Shown here piece after piece: positions 51,541-64,000 of a stretch of DNA of 64,000 bases. The position numbers were made by a program, and so were the translations under genes. Origin of the DNA: Callorhinchus milii. Its lineage: Eukaryota. The notes under the pieces were generated by a model. The model was given only the letters and a program-made list of their open reading frames with translations, searched no databases and was not told the origin of the DNA. Position 1 is the first letter of the stretch. Every line of letters begins with the position of its first letter. The stretch spans positions 104,100,001 to 104,164,000 of the forward strand of contig NW_024704743.1 of NCBI RefSeq assembly GCF_018977255.1, in the 5' to 3' direction.

Positions 51541-53486
51541 GAGAGAGAGAGAGAAAGTGAAAGTGCTGGAGAAAAGGGAATAATATAGTGCCTCTACCAT
51601 TTGCCCATTAACTTTTTTTAAAAAATATATATATAAATAAAAAAAATTGTGCGCTGTAGGATATTTTCACATTTACCAGTGAAGTGAAATGAACAATGCA
51701 CTTGTCCATTTCTGTATCCCTCCCCCAACCTCCACTTGTGTTGCAAAAAATCGAGTTGTTTCTGTCAAAGAGGGAGAAGAAGAGTCAGAATGGATCTGAT
51801 GGGGTTACTTTGTTAATGCATTTTCCCTTGTTCTAAGAATAACAAACATTCTTTGTAAGTGGCGGAAGGATAAGACATGTTATTATTGAATTGATAAAAC
51901 TGGGAAAAATCATCACCCTTTCCTGCATCTAAAGGCAGGGGAAAAGGGTTGACATCAATATTAGGGGTTGATATGAAACTGACATGAAACCAATCACCAA
52001 CCCCTTGCCATTGTGGTTCTTCCTTGTGGGGAGAAGAGAAGTGGGCTGTAGTTATGGAACAGAGAAAATTATACAGGATCAGTTTTAAGTAAAGACAATA
52101 TTTGTTTAACCCTTCAAGACCCAGCTGAGTCACTTTTAGCATTCCAAATTGGGGGACTAATTTAAGCACTCTGAGATGCCGTGAAGGGCACTCTATAAAT
52201 TCAAGTTGTTGCTGAATCCTGGGATTTGTTTATCTCAGATTTACACAATTGTGTATGTGTAGGACAGAGCTACGACTCTCAGTGCCCCAGTGTACAAGCA
52301 GCAGTGCCACCCTCTGCCCATTGTATAATCCAAGTCACTCACTATCTTTCAATAATCCAGGATAATCTCTAATGATCAGTATTTCGATTTTGCAGGATCT
52401 ATAACCCGTAATTAGTTTTTAAAAGCATAATCAGAGCAGAGAACATTGCTTTTAATCTTTTGCTCTCCTGATAAGAATTTGAATCCTACCCAGTAGTCAT
52501 CTGAGTGACTTTGTTTGGGGGATCTGGCACAGTGTGCATCAGCCAAATTGCATTTACACTAGCATGTAAATACTCTCCCAGAAATATTCTCTTTTTCTTA
52601 AAAAAAAGTTACATATGAAACTGCTGGATTTATTTCTGTTCTAACACTGTTCTGCATTTACCCATCTTGCAGATTGTTAACATTGTAGTCAAGTTGTTGA
52701 ATGAAAATGAAATCAGTTTCTTGTGCGTTACAAAAGTTTATGAATAAAACTAAGGCATTTCATCCTTTCATGATGTGTCATAGCATTTTCTGCTGTGTCT
52801 GCTGAGAGGAGGGGTTGCACCATTTTATATACTTCCTAAACATTCACATTATTTTACTAAAGTTGTCCACAAAATATAGGTCAATTCAATTTACAGCGTA
52901 TTTTGTGAAGCACTTTTGAGAAGTCTCAATGACATGATAAGGTACTGTATCAAATGCAAGGAATATTATTATATTTATTACTACATAAAGTTGATCTGTA
53001 TAAAGGATCTCCATCCCAGAAATTCCACAAGTTACTGGTGCAAATGTTACATATGAAACTGCTGGACTAAGCGCTTTGAGACGTCGAGAAGACGTGAAAA
53101 GCGCTATATCAAATGCAAGGATTATTATTATTATTATATAAATGATGCCGATATCGTGTGCTGTCCAGCAAATGTCGCTTTGAGAGGTATAGAAGGAGGG
53201 CACAAAAGAATTTGAATTCTAGGGAAAACAAAATCTATTGCTTGTAATGTATTGTCAGATACAAGCTGTTATTTATGTCCTTCTCACTGCCGTGCCTTTC
53301 TCTGCAATTGGCTGGCTACACTTTAAATTATTCAACTGATTTGTAACAATGTTAATGCAATAGTAAGCAGGAGTTCTCAAAGGGAGGACAGCGTGATTTG
53401 TTACACTAGTATACATGAAAAGAACAGCTTGCAATCCTTTTCATGCACAATTGCTCCAGTTCAATTTATCGCTCTCAATGTTAGAA

Positions 53487-54795
53487 CAGGGTGGTCCAGC
53501 CTTTTGGCTGCCGAGGGCCGGATGCCCTGTTTGGAAACTGTCCGCAGGACGCATAAGCAATATTTTTGTGTTTCCCTTCCAGAAACGTAACATAACATTT
53601 ACACAGCGCCTTTTTAATGTAGGAAGCACATCTCAAAGGTCTTGACGCTGGCGGCGGAGCATCTAAGGGGTGGGAGCCGAGGGAGGTGGGATGGGGAGGG
53701 GAAAAGATGACTGAAAGCGCGGTCAAAGGGTTAGGTCTTGATGTGCTTTGAAAGAGGGGAGGGAGAAAGCAAGTTGGAGGGGCTTCAGGAATGGAGCTCC
53801 AGCCAGTGGGTGCAAAATGGCGATGGTGGCACAGATTGGGGGGTGGGGGTAATGGGACATGAAACAAGCTGGTTTTTGCTGGACACAGGGAACGGTCAGG
53901 TCATTCATTGCAGGGTGGGGAGGTGGATGAAGGTTGCAGAGGAGTTTCTCATGGGGAAATAGGGAGCTTGCTGTGAGGAAACTGCATGGCATGTCACTCG
54001 ATGTCTCTCCTTGGGCGCTTCCCGGCAGCTGAGGAAGCCTCCGATTATCTGTTCTGACAGTGAATTACGAAACGCTGCCCTCACTGCCTCTCTCTATCTT
54101 TCTGTGCTCACTCTCTCACTCGCTGTTCCCCCTCTCTTCAAGCAATCACTTTCGCTCCCACCACTTCTCAATCACTCTCTCTCCCCTTCTCTTAACCACT
54201 CTGTCTCCCACACACTCTCTCACACTTACTCGTTCTCAATTACTCTCTCCCCCTCTCTCACACCCTCTCTCCCACACAATCTCTCTCATCCCTCTTCTCT
54301 TTGAATCACGTTCTCTTTCCCCCCCTCTCCCCTCTCCCTCTCTGTTTCTCTCTCGCCCCTCTCTCAATCACTCTCTCTCTGTCCACCTCCCTCTTTCTCT
54401 CAAGCAGCTCACTATCTAGCAGTGTGGGAACGTCTGCTTTCCCAGCCACCCGCGCGTGTGTCTCACTATCTGGCAGAAACAGGAGCCAGTGTTTGGGAGG
54501 TTGCAGTTGATCCAGGTTTTCCCCTCAGCTCGTGAGGGGCTTCCTGACAGACTGTAGCAATGGGCAGTATAACCATTCCCTGCAGTTCAGTGCACTGCAG
54601 GGTGTCAGGTAAGTTCAGGCTGAAGGAAAAGCATATGGGTCTATTTACCCACCTTCAGCTTCTGCTGCTGCCATGAGAGGATGGTTCGCCAGTGAGGGAG
54701 AGAGGGAGGGAGCGGGTAGCCCAAGTTGGAAATGGTTCTCGGGTCAGATGCAAGCATTCCCCGGGCCAAACATGGCCGCTAGTTGGACCACCCTG
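53487..54795. mobile_element. Non-autonomous hAT (Charlie-like) DNA transposon with a nested L2 fragment
   Basis: Perfect 12-bp TIRs CAGGGTGGTCCA / TGGACCACCCTG; degenerate 8-bp TSD TGTTAGAA / TCATAGAA. Confidence 0.75.
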
Positions 54796-57653
54796 TCATA
54801 GAATAAGGTAGTTTCAACATGTTATTGCACCAGTGCATGGTCTGAAACATTTTGAATACAGTTTTTTTGCATGAAGGACGCTATATAAATGCAACTCATT
54901 CTTATTTAAAAGCCTGGCCATATGCGGGAAAGATATTCAGTTGTAAAATAGTAGATAACCCCCTATGTGCCATCACTGACAATACTTACACACAAGGTTC
55001 CCTCTGTGTTAAATTTTTTTGCAGTTTTAGCTTTGTGATTCTTTCCACTTACAGATAAATTAGAGAGCAAATATGCTAGAATTATATCAGCCGGGGAGGA
55101 AATCATATGGGGAGTCCACAAAGAACTTGCCAGCTCTGTTTACAGCCAAGCTACTTTCCCATTGTTCACGCTCTTGCTTCCCAACAACAAGGTTAATGAT
55201 GGAGGTAGGAGAGGAAACACTCAATCAGTTGGAACCTGAGTTATTTTTAAACACAGTTTACTTATTTCACAATCACAAATGGCCAGCAGTGCAAACATCA
55301 GTTGGATATCCAGCCCAATGTATAATGGCATTGTTAAACATGATACAAACGTTCAAATACTATTCCAACAGTAATTATACACATCACTATGAATCATCAA
55401 ATAGACCTGATAAACATCAAGTATGACAAGAGAACAAACAGTAAAATTCTCCACCCCTCCCACCTCCCTCAGCTTCCTCACCCCCAGCTCTGGCTCCCAG
55501 TTTGCTCTGTGAAGTGATTTGACACATGACAGGTACTGTACTATATAAATGAAAAATTGTTATTGTTGAAATATTCCTCATGTTACTAAGTAAGCAACAT
55601 TTATGATCTGCCCTAACCCGTTAGTTCACAGCACCAATGTTAATACACTTACTAACATAACATACAGAATATCCCTACTAATTTATTCTGCTAGCTGGAC
55701 CTTGTACTAACGTGGATAAATCAATTATATGTTCTGACTAACACCAGAAGGGAGACGACTGAACCTCTTCTGGAGAGGGAAATCTGATCACGGCAGGGGA
55801 TTTCACACCTATTCGTGTACATTAAGGAAATTTCTTATCCTTTGCCAAAGTTAATAGCAAGGTCCCATCTTTCCCATATTCTAAGGTGCCAATATCTACA
55901 AGGTTAATGTTCCCAAGGGTTGCTTTCACCTGAATTTATTCCTCAAGCCTTGTGAGTAGTCCTTTTAGCCACTAACAATGTTAGCTTTGTCGAACTATCC
56001 ATCTGCAAATAATACTTCTGCCCAAACATAAATAGAAGATTAGATCTTCTTGATGTAAATGTAGACGGATATAGAAAAATAATAGTGCACATAATAGTCT
56101 GAATGTTAGTTTAATGAACTATACAGCAAAACTGTATAGCAATCATTATCTTCTCATCAGTATATCAGCAGATACATTTTTTCAGTTACAAAATGACTAA
56201 CTATATAAATATGATAAAAGTGTCCATTACTGCACTAGTTATAATTAGGAACTGTATGATTTGCAAACAGCGAAGATTGTTGCTGGTTTTAATTAAGTTA
56301 ATGATTTATGCATACAATGTTGATTACAACAAAATTAACATTATCACTAGTTAAGCAAATGAGAAGGTTATGAAAAACAGTGCTTTGTTGTATATCTATT
56401 TAAGACTAAAAATGCATCCAAAGGACCAATGCCAAAAATTGATTTAAATTAATCTAGGGTAAATATTTCTCTTAGTCTCAGATAAACTAATTATAACATA
56501 ATTTCAAGTTAACAACAGAACAACATATTTCCAAATCCTTTCCTTTACTGGCAATCCTTTAATGGTATCATTAAATGAAGTAAGTTGCCTAAATGCTTAC
56601 TTATTTCTGGTAAAATGACTTAAGATATACAACAACAACTTGCACTTATATAGCGCCCTCCACACAGAGTAGCCCCTCAGAGCGCTTAACAGTGGCGGAG
56701 CCTGACTCCGAGGCGGGGGGAGGGGGTTGGGGAAGGTGACTGTAAGCACAGTTGAAGAGGAAGATATAATAAGTTCTGTTTACAAAGAAGTGATCTGCAC
56801 TGGAAAGTATAAACAGTCTATTGAATATGCATATATACAGAAAGTTGTTAGGATGTGAAATGCCCTGATGGGTGTGGGTGGTCAAAGCATAATCCATATT
56901 AGCTTTCAAGGGAGAACTAGATAGATGTCTAAAGATAAATAATATGCAAGAGAATGGGGAAAAGTCAGTTAAATAGAACTCAATGGACTGCTCTTTCAAA
57001 GAGTCAGCAGAGACATAATGGGTTGAATATGCAGTAGTTTACTGTTCTATTGATCACTAATAAATAGATGGGGGCTATGGAGGGTGCAAATTGCACTGTT
57101 CCTGAAATCACCTTGTGCAGGTGGGAGGAGGAGCTGTGCTCGAATGTAATTCATTACTTCCTGCATCTCCAATTATACTGCATTTTGGCAATGAATCACT
57201 GTCCAAAGCATTACAGAGGAAATTCATCTGGATAATATCAGGCTTTAAGAAGTTAACTTCTGAAGAAAGGAATGAAGTGACCTGGTAGAAATGTTGAAGT
57301 AACGCACAGGATTTCCACCTTGTTTTTTGAAAGCTCGTGGTGTGTACTAACAACATACTGATGTAGTAACACTCATATGTCCACAGGATTTGAATCAAGT
57401 AAGGAACTACTGGATAATACAGCCTAGCTTCTTGTGTGACATCATTTTCCATCTATTTAATGCACTGGAGAGATGAGTGCTGACGTATGATGAGTGACTA
57501 CTGAGTGGATATTATACAGACTGCAAAATCTCCCCTAAGAGGATTCCTACCCCTATCGCCAACCTAATCCTGCCTAAAACTGGAAAATTGGAATTGGATA
57601 ATCTGTTGGTAGCCATCAAATCTATGCCATAAACTGGATGGTCAATGATGTGC

Positions 57654-57893
57654 TTAAGGCATGGAACTCCTCCTGCAGGATGTTCTATTTCTTGACACGT
57701 GACTCAAAGTGGTAGTGGATGAGAAGGGACTTGCGAAACAATCTCGGGAACTTGAGAGGAAGCTGTCCATTGACAAGTCACTTTCCGAGTCTGCGTCATT
57801 GAAGTCACTGTATTCCACTTTGAGTTCCTGGATACCCGCATGGAGCTCCATCAACTGTTTAATTAGCAGTTGGTCCAAAGAACGCATTTCCAT
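57654..57893 (-). CDS. FAM167-family protein (C20orf202-like), coding exon 2
   Basis: Acceptor ctattcttctttacAG. MEMRSLDQLLIKQLMELHAGIQELKVE is the FAM167 coiled coil. The C-terminus RRSSMP* resembles C20orf202 RRSSLP*. Confidence 0.85.
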   Translation of the reverse strand: MEMRSLDQLLIKQLMELHAGIQELKVEYSDFNDADSESDLSMDSFLSSSRDCFASPFSSTTTLSHVSRNRTSCRRSSMP

Positions 57894-58893
57894 CTGTAAA
57901 GAAGAATAGGAGAATAGGAATTGATCTTGCTGACAGCAAGCTCTTTTGTTCCTGGTTACACATAATTTTTGCAATCGCTGTTACAAATGTATATAATAAA
58001 AAAAACTGGAAGCAGAACGTACTTCTCAAAACTGTGGTAGCCCTATTTCTATTAGTGCTCAAGTATTGGGAGGCATTTTAAGAACTTTGCAAACTGGTGC
58101 ACATTTCATATCAGTACTGAAAGCTGACACCCAATGGTGCCAGACACACAAGCACCCTCTGCTGGAATAATTCCTTCCATAAAAAATAATAATATTATTA
58201 TTATTATATTAATAATAATAATATTATTATTAGTCACTTCAATTCACGACTGTTTGGGGGAAAAGTTGTCAAGTGGTAATTGCTGTGCGCAATTGGCTGC
58301 AATGTTTTGCCCACAAAATATAGAGTAAATTCACTTTACAGTGTATTCTGAGAAGTGCTTTGAGACATCTTGAAGACGCGATAAGGCTCAATATCAAATC
58401 CAAGGATTATTATATTTTCTGCCACTTTGTGTTCTCATTCCAAAGAAAAGTGGTGGCTTGTTGGTATACGCTATACAAAAGAGATTGCAAGTATTCCCTA
58501 ATCCTATCACTAACCTCAACAGTGACAATATGGTACAAGCTAAAAGGTTCTATTACAATCACAAGTTAAACAAGATGCAATTTTTTAAAACAGAATAGTT
58601 CATAGTTGTCAAGTGTTAATATTCTTATCCTGTTTGTATTTTGGCCTTTTACTGTACTCTAAGGGGCCCACCATTTTTTTGTCTGTGAGTTACATGTTCA
58701 TTTCTGGTAATAAATCATAAAACACAGATGGACAGAATATGTCCTGTTCATTAAACTGAACATTTTTCTTCTGCAACTGTAAACATTTTGACAAAACATT
58801 GCTTTGCATTCTTGTAAAATCAGTGCAAGGCATCTGCTTTTAATCACTGACGCATCCCATTCAGCTCATTTAAAGTTCTCAAAAGCATATCGT

Positions 58894-59225
58894 GGAGTCC
58901 TGTAGCTCAGTGGTTAGAGCACTCGCTTTGCAAGCGAGAGACCTGAGTTCAATTCCAGGCAGGTCAGGGCGAAACCTTGGGCAAGTTTCCTTACTCCACA
59001 CGCCTAATAATAATCCCTCCAAAACCCAAAAACAATAATAAATTGGTCATTTTCAATCTACGACTGTTTGTGGGACATTGCTGTGCGCAATTGGCTGCCG
59101 CGTTCGCCCACAAATATACAGTCAATTCACTTTACAGTGTGTTCTGTGAAGCGCTTTGGGACGTCCCCCCGACGTGAAAAGCGCTATATCAAATGCAAGG
59201 ATTATTATTATTATTATTATTATTA
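58894..59225 (+). mobile_element. tRNA-derived Deu SINE, young subfamily
   Basis: Full element; possible target-site duplication atatcgt/atatcat. Confidence 0.9.
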
Positions 59226-59984
59226 TATCATTCAATTTAATTTACCTTCATTAGCTATGATGAAAAAGATTCACATAAGCTTAATGTGATAGATAGATGA
59301 AAGTAATTCAACCTCAGTTATCCATATTGGAAGGAATTATTCAGAGTTTTATTAATTAGTGAAGTAAATAAGCTCCTGTAAGATACATGCCCTTTCCGCT
59401 CATTAATTAAAAATAAATGATCGGAGGAGAACTCTGAGTTCTAATAACCCATTATTTTTTATCAGTTGTGTTGCAGCAATTTGTTTGTCAGCTTCATTGG
59501 CTCCAGGCTATCTGTGTCATCAGCAGTATATCTGGCATTACATTTGCTCTGTGCACACTCTGCTCTGCTTTAGCCAACACTTAGTCTCAAAGATCACTTG
59601 GATACTATCTCTAGCAAATTACAATGTGCTGTTACTTTGATAGTTCCAGAAATTCATTAGAAACAGTTTGAGTTGATCAACTCCTCCCACCCTTGTCAAT
59701 CACTATCCAATAAGATCAATTAAAAAGCTTTTCACACAATTAGATGGGGTAAGACTTTATTGCGTAGATCAGTATATGACACTTGTCCCTCACCAGATAG
59801 GAAAAATTACCATTTGTTGAAATGCCAGGAAAAGCATACTATAAAGTCTGACCATTTATAAAGCATGTTAAATATTAGTATGCGAATAAACAATGAAAGG
59901 TAATAACATATAGCTATTCATTATCAGGCACTATCCACTATATGAGCAAAAAGTCTTGCTACATTTCATTCTCATTAAAAATCA

Positions 59985-61765
59985 TTCCATTTATTGAGCG
60001 CCTTTCACGTCCGGAGGACGTCCCAAGGCGCTGTACAGTTGGGTCGGACCCGAGCAGGGGGGAAATGGTCAGGGTGAGGGGAGGGAAGGGAGGGAGCGAG
60101 GAGGGGGTAGAGAGTTGAGAGGGGAGCTGAAGGCACGGTCAAAGAGAAAGGTCTTGAGACCGGCCTTGAAGGAGGAAAGGGAGGAGGCAAGGCGAAGGCA
60201 CTGGGGGATAAGGTTCCAGAGCCTAGGGGCTGAGAGGCTGATTAATAAAATTAAACTGACATTTAGCGGTTAGGTGCCATTTCCAGCAGCAGCATCATGA
60301 TCAGACAGCAGATGTTGGTGTATATTCAAACTCACTCCACAGATCCAGCACATCGTGGGATATGAAGTAAGCACAGGAATACTGCATGTCGTATCTATTT
60401 CCAGCCAAATGATTCTCAGCTTGTTGAAGGAAAGCATGATATTACACTTCAAATCATAGTATTTGGGGTCCCTATCACTCCCATCGTCGCTTGACTCCAC
60501 TGGCTTCCCATCACACAGAGGTATAGTTCAATATCCTGGTTCTCACCTTCAAAGGTCTTCATGGCCTTGTTCCCCCCACCTCTGTGTCCTCATAACCCCC
60601 ACCATCCTGTCCGCACCCTCCACTCAGCGGGCTCCAGCCTGCTTCACATCCCCGCCTTGCCCGCCCCACTGGGCAGGCCTTCAGCCATTTTGCTCACATC
60701 CTTTGGAACTCTATATCACAGTCCCTTTGTCTCACCCCCTCTCTTGCCTCCTTCAAGACTCATCTCAAGACCCTCCTCTTCAACAGTGCCTTTGGTCACC
60801 TTCCTTGCCCCACTGCTCTGCACACTTCCCAATCCCCGAACCCCATCCGAAACACTGATTGTCCAGCACCTTGGGACGTCCTCCCAACGTGAAAGGCGCA
60901 ATACAAATGTAATTGTGTTGTTGTAATACCACTCATATCATATTGATGTAGAGAGGATGAGTAGGTGTTGCCCTGCCTGGTGTGCAGAAGATGTTTCCAG
61001 ATTGATGACTTTCTTTTTTTTAAAAAATTCCCAATGCACATTTCACCTCTCCTCACTTACCTTCTCAAGGCCTTTTTAAGAAGTATCATTGTTGACAATG
61101 CACATAATTAAAGGGTGTTGATGGTTTTACAGCCTGTTTATCATTTTTGCATCTGAAGTTCCTAAACTCCTATAGGATGAAGCAAGACTGATTTTGGGAT
61201 GAGCAACAACAACAACAAAATTACATTTGTGTAGCACTTTTCACGTCGGGAGGATGTCCCAAGGCGGTGAACTGATAGAATTATGGACCCGAGCTGAGGG
61301 TCGGGGTGGGGGAGGGAAGCAGGGAGATCGAAACCACGATCAATGAGGAAGGTTTTGAGGTGGATCTTGAAGGTGGTGAGGGAGGGGGTGAAACAGAGGG
61401 ACTGCGGGATGGAGTTCCAGAAGGTGGGGACAGAGTGGCGGAAGGCCCGCCCGCCAAAAGTGGGGCGAGCAAGTCGGGGGACGTGAAGCAGGCCGGAGCC
61501 CGCTGAGCAGAGGGAGTGAATAGGGTGGTAGGTGGTTAGGAGGTCAGAGAGGTAGCGGGAAGCAAGACCGTGGAGGGCTTTGAAGGTGAGGACCAGGAGC
61601 TTGAACTGTATCCTCGGTGTGATGGGAAGCCGTGGAGTTGGGCAAGGATGGGGGTGATAGGGTCGCGGAGCCTAGTGTGGGAGAGGACACGGACTGCAGA
61701 GTTCTGGATGATCTGCAGCCTATGGAGCGAGGAGTTGGGGAGGCCGATAAGCAGGGAGTTTGCAT
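59985..61765. mobile_element. Cluster of three L2 3' fragments: 59985-60240 (-), 60460-60925 (+), 61205-61765 (-)
   Basis: Each has the GGGACGTCCTCC...ACGTGAAAGG tail and L2 3' sequence. Confidence 0.85.
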
Positions 61766-63194
61766 AATTTGCACAGCACTGCTAAAGTTGTATTGGTGTA
61801 CACCTGCGGGACTTGAAGAGATAGATTTATATCTAAGGATATGTATTGAAAAAAAGGATTTTTAGGCCAAAAATATACAATGGAATTCTTGATGTTAATA
61901 AACAGACACATTTTGCTGAAGTCTTAAAATTCCATTATTAATTCCTCTGCCGTACAACAACTCATCCAAAGGACGGATATCTGACAATACAGCAGTCCCC
62001 CAACATTGCATTGGAGTATCAGCCAAGACTGTGAGTGCAATACTTTCGCCTGGTGTCCTGTCGTGGGACATTGCTGTGCGCAAGTTGGCTTCCATGTTCC
62101 CCACAAAATACAGTCACTAATTTTACAGTAAAATCCTGTAAATTGCTTTGAGATGAACCTGATGTCAAAGCCACTATAATAATAATAATCCTTGCATCTG
62201 ATATAACGTCTTATCACATCTTGAGATATCTCAAAGCGCTTCACAGAATATACTGTAAAGTAAATTGACTCTATATTTTGTGGACAAAACGCAGCAGCCA
62301 ATTGGGCAAAGCAGTGTCCCACAAACAGTCGTGGATTGATTGATCAATTTTTAAAAAATGTTTTTGAAGGAATTAACTGTATCAAATACAATAATTATTA
62401 TTGTGTTCTCTGTGTCTGCTCCAGAACATTACCTTCCTCATGTACACGGAGTTCACTGCAATACAGTAAAACTTGTATATTTGCATAAATTGTACATTTG
62501 CCCAAATCCAGTTGAATTTCCTATAACCTATGCAAGTTTCACATAACTCATAAGTCATATTAAACGTATGGTCTCAACTGTTATGACTTATGTAATGTTT
62601 ACTGTACATTATGCTGCCCTTGTACATGAAATTAGTCCAGCACATTTACCTTGCATTAACTCATTGCATTAACAAATATTAACAGCACAGCTCAACTTTA
62701 GGTATAACATTTGCTTATAATAGCTGCAAACAAAATTAATACCGATGTTATACTTTAGCCAGAATTGCTGAATGGTCTGATTTAACCCTTTGATCACTAG
62801 ATATGCTTTGATAATTGAATAATTATTGTTTAATACTAATTTAATAATAATTATTGATTGCTGGATATCCTCTGTAACTTTCAAAATGTGTTCGAGTTTT
62901 GACTATGTAACTGACATCTACAAATTTCCCTGAAATTAAACATTTGTAAAGTACATTTAAAATAACATATTGCACAACAGAATATTGCTATATTCCCAGT
63001 CACTAAATTATTACATATCTCTTTTATAGCGAACATGTGATGTTGTAAGTTTCATAGATTTGATCTCAGTGACAATAAGCATATTATTCTATAGAAGTAT
63101 ATTAAAATATAATATTCCTTGTATTTGATATAGCTCCTTATCATGTCTTCAAAATGTCTCTACGCACTTCACAGAATATACTGTAAAGTGAATA

Positions 63195-63290
63195 TCATAA
63201 GCATATTATACTATATGCATATTATACTATAAGCATGTTATCCTATAAGCACATTACACTATAAGCATATTATACTATAAGATATTAATT
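63195..63290. repeat. 16-bp tandem repeat ATAAGCATATTATACT
   Basis: About 5-6 imperfect copies, just inside the intron of the minus-strand FAM167-family gene. Confidence 0.8.
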
Positions 63291-63357
63291 TAAAGATGGT
63301 AAACGCTCCGATGGAAAACCTGTTGAATGTTCTGATGTGTCTCCGTATCTTTCTTAC

Positions 63358-63546
63358 CAGCTCTTTTCTAAGCCAGGCGAGTGCAGCCTGGATGTCTGCT
63401 GTGTGTGTGGAGTCGCCCTGCTCAGCCTCACTGAGCCGGGCTTGGGTACGCTGCCTCTTGCAGAGGGGGTTTGCTGCTGAATTGCAGTCGTTGAATGTCG
63501 CAGATCTGGATGAAAAATCCCGAAGACGAGATAACAGGACGTCCAT
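63358..63546 (-). CDS. FAM167-family protein (C20orf202-like), coding exon 1
   Basis: Strong Kozak aagATGG at 63546. MDVLLSRLRDFSSRS...DIQAALAWLRKEL carries the WLRKEL family motif. Donor CTG|GTAAGA, phase 0. Confidence 0.82.
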
Positions 63547-64000
63547 CTTCTGTGGGGTGATGGATGTGATGCCAATCGGTGCAAACCTTTGCTTGTGTCT
63601 CTCTGTTCGGCTTAAATTGGGAAAAGCGCCCACTGTCTATCTAGGAACCTGTTTCCCAAGGAATCGAGGATTTACTCGAATGGGATTTGCATCAAACTGA
63701 ACAGCAGCCAGCAAAGCAAAGCAAAGCAGCACTGACTCACAAATCATGTGTGAACTGAGTGTTGGGAAGAGACCACTCATCACCCCAGAGGGGTGGGTGG
63801 TTCTCCCGAGGCAGTCAGTCATCCTGGTGGGCAATGCAAGGGGAGAGATAACCCTGACATAAAATACAAGGCGTTTACAATCACCCATTTGTTAATGTCT
63901 TCATTATGGTAAAATAAAAACAACTTGGACTTATATAGCACATTCCCTATAATATATAAGGTGGGCTTAGTACATTACTCACAAACTCAACTTCCCTGTG

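Noticed and set aside
50732..59567. Shared 15-mer GCACACTCTGCTCTG in the introns of both FAM167-family genes (50732 and 59553)
   Set aside because: One or two 15-mer matches are expected by chance in 64 kb, and the orientation relative to the two genes differs.
63547..63633. Longer N-terminus of the minus-strand FAM167-family gene
   Set aside because: It starts at GTG, whereas the ATG at 63546 has a strong Kozak context. An upstream coding exon cannot be fully excluded.

Overview
Vertebrate genomic DNA. The repeat content (tRNA-derived Deu-domain SINEs, L2 and CR1 LINEs, a Penelope-type end) suggests a cartilaginous fish, possibly a holocephalan; this is an inference. Three spliced protein-coding genes can be built by hand with GT-AG junctions and consistent reading phases. 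(1) A six-exon BEND5-like BEN-domain gene (+, 9903-25284, 460 aa). (2) A two-exon AARD-like FAM167-family gene (+, 49222-51540, 128 aa). (3) A second FAM167-family gene resembling C20orf202 (-, 63546-57654, 142 aa), convergent with AARD. A CpG island at about 5150-6450 has YY1/E2F/CHR-like motifs and minus-strand splice donors. It looks like the promoter and non-coding first exon(s) of a gene running off the left edge, probably RAD21 by synteny with AARD (inference only). The rest is transposon-rich. It also contains a duplicated CTCF-like site, several MITEs, a vestigial hammerhead ribozyme, a composite higher-order satellite and two C-rich minisatellites. Most ORFs in the supplied track are repeat or low-complexity artefacts. 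Repeat coordinates are approximate, and protein comparisons are from memory of the human sequences rather than computed alignments.
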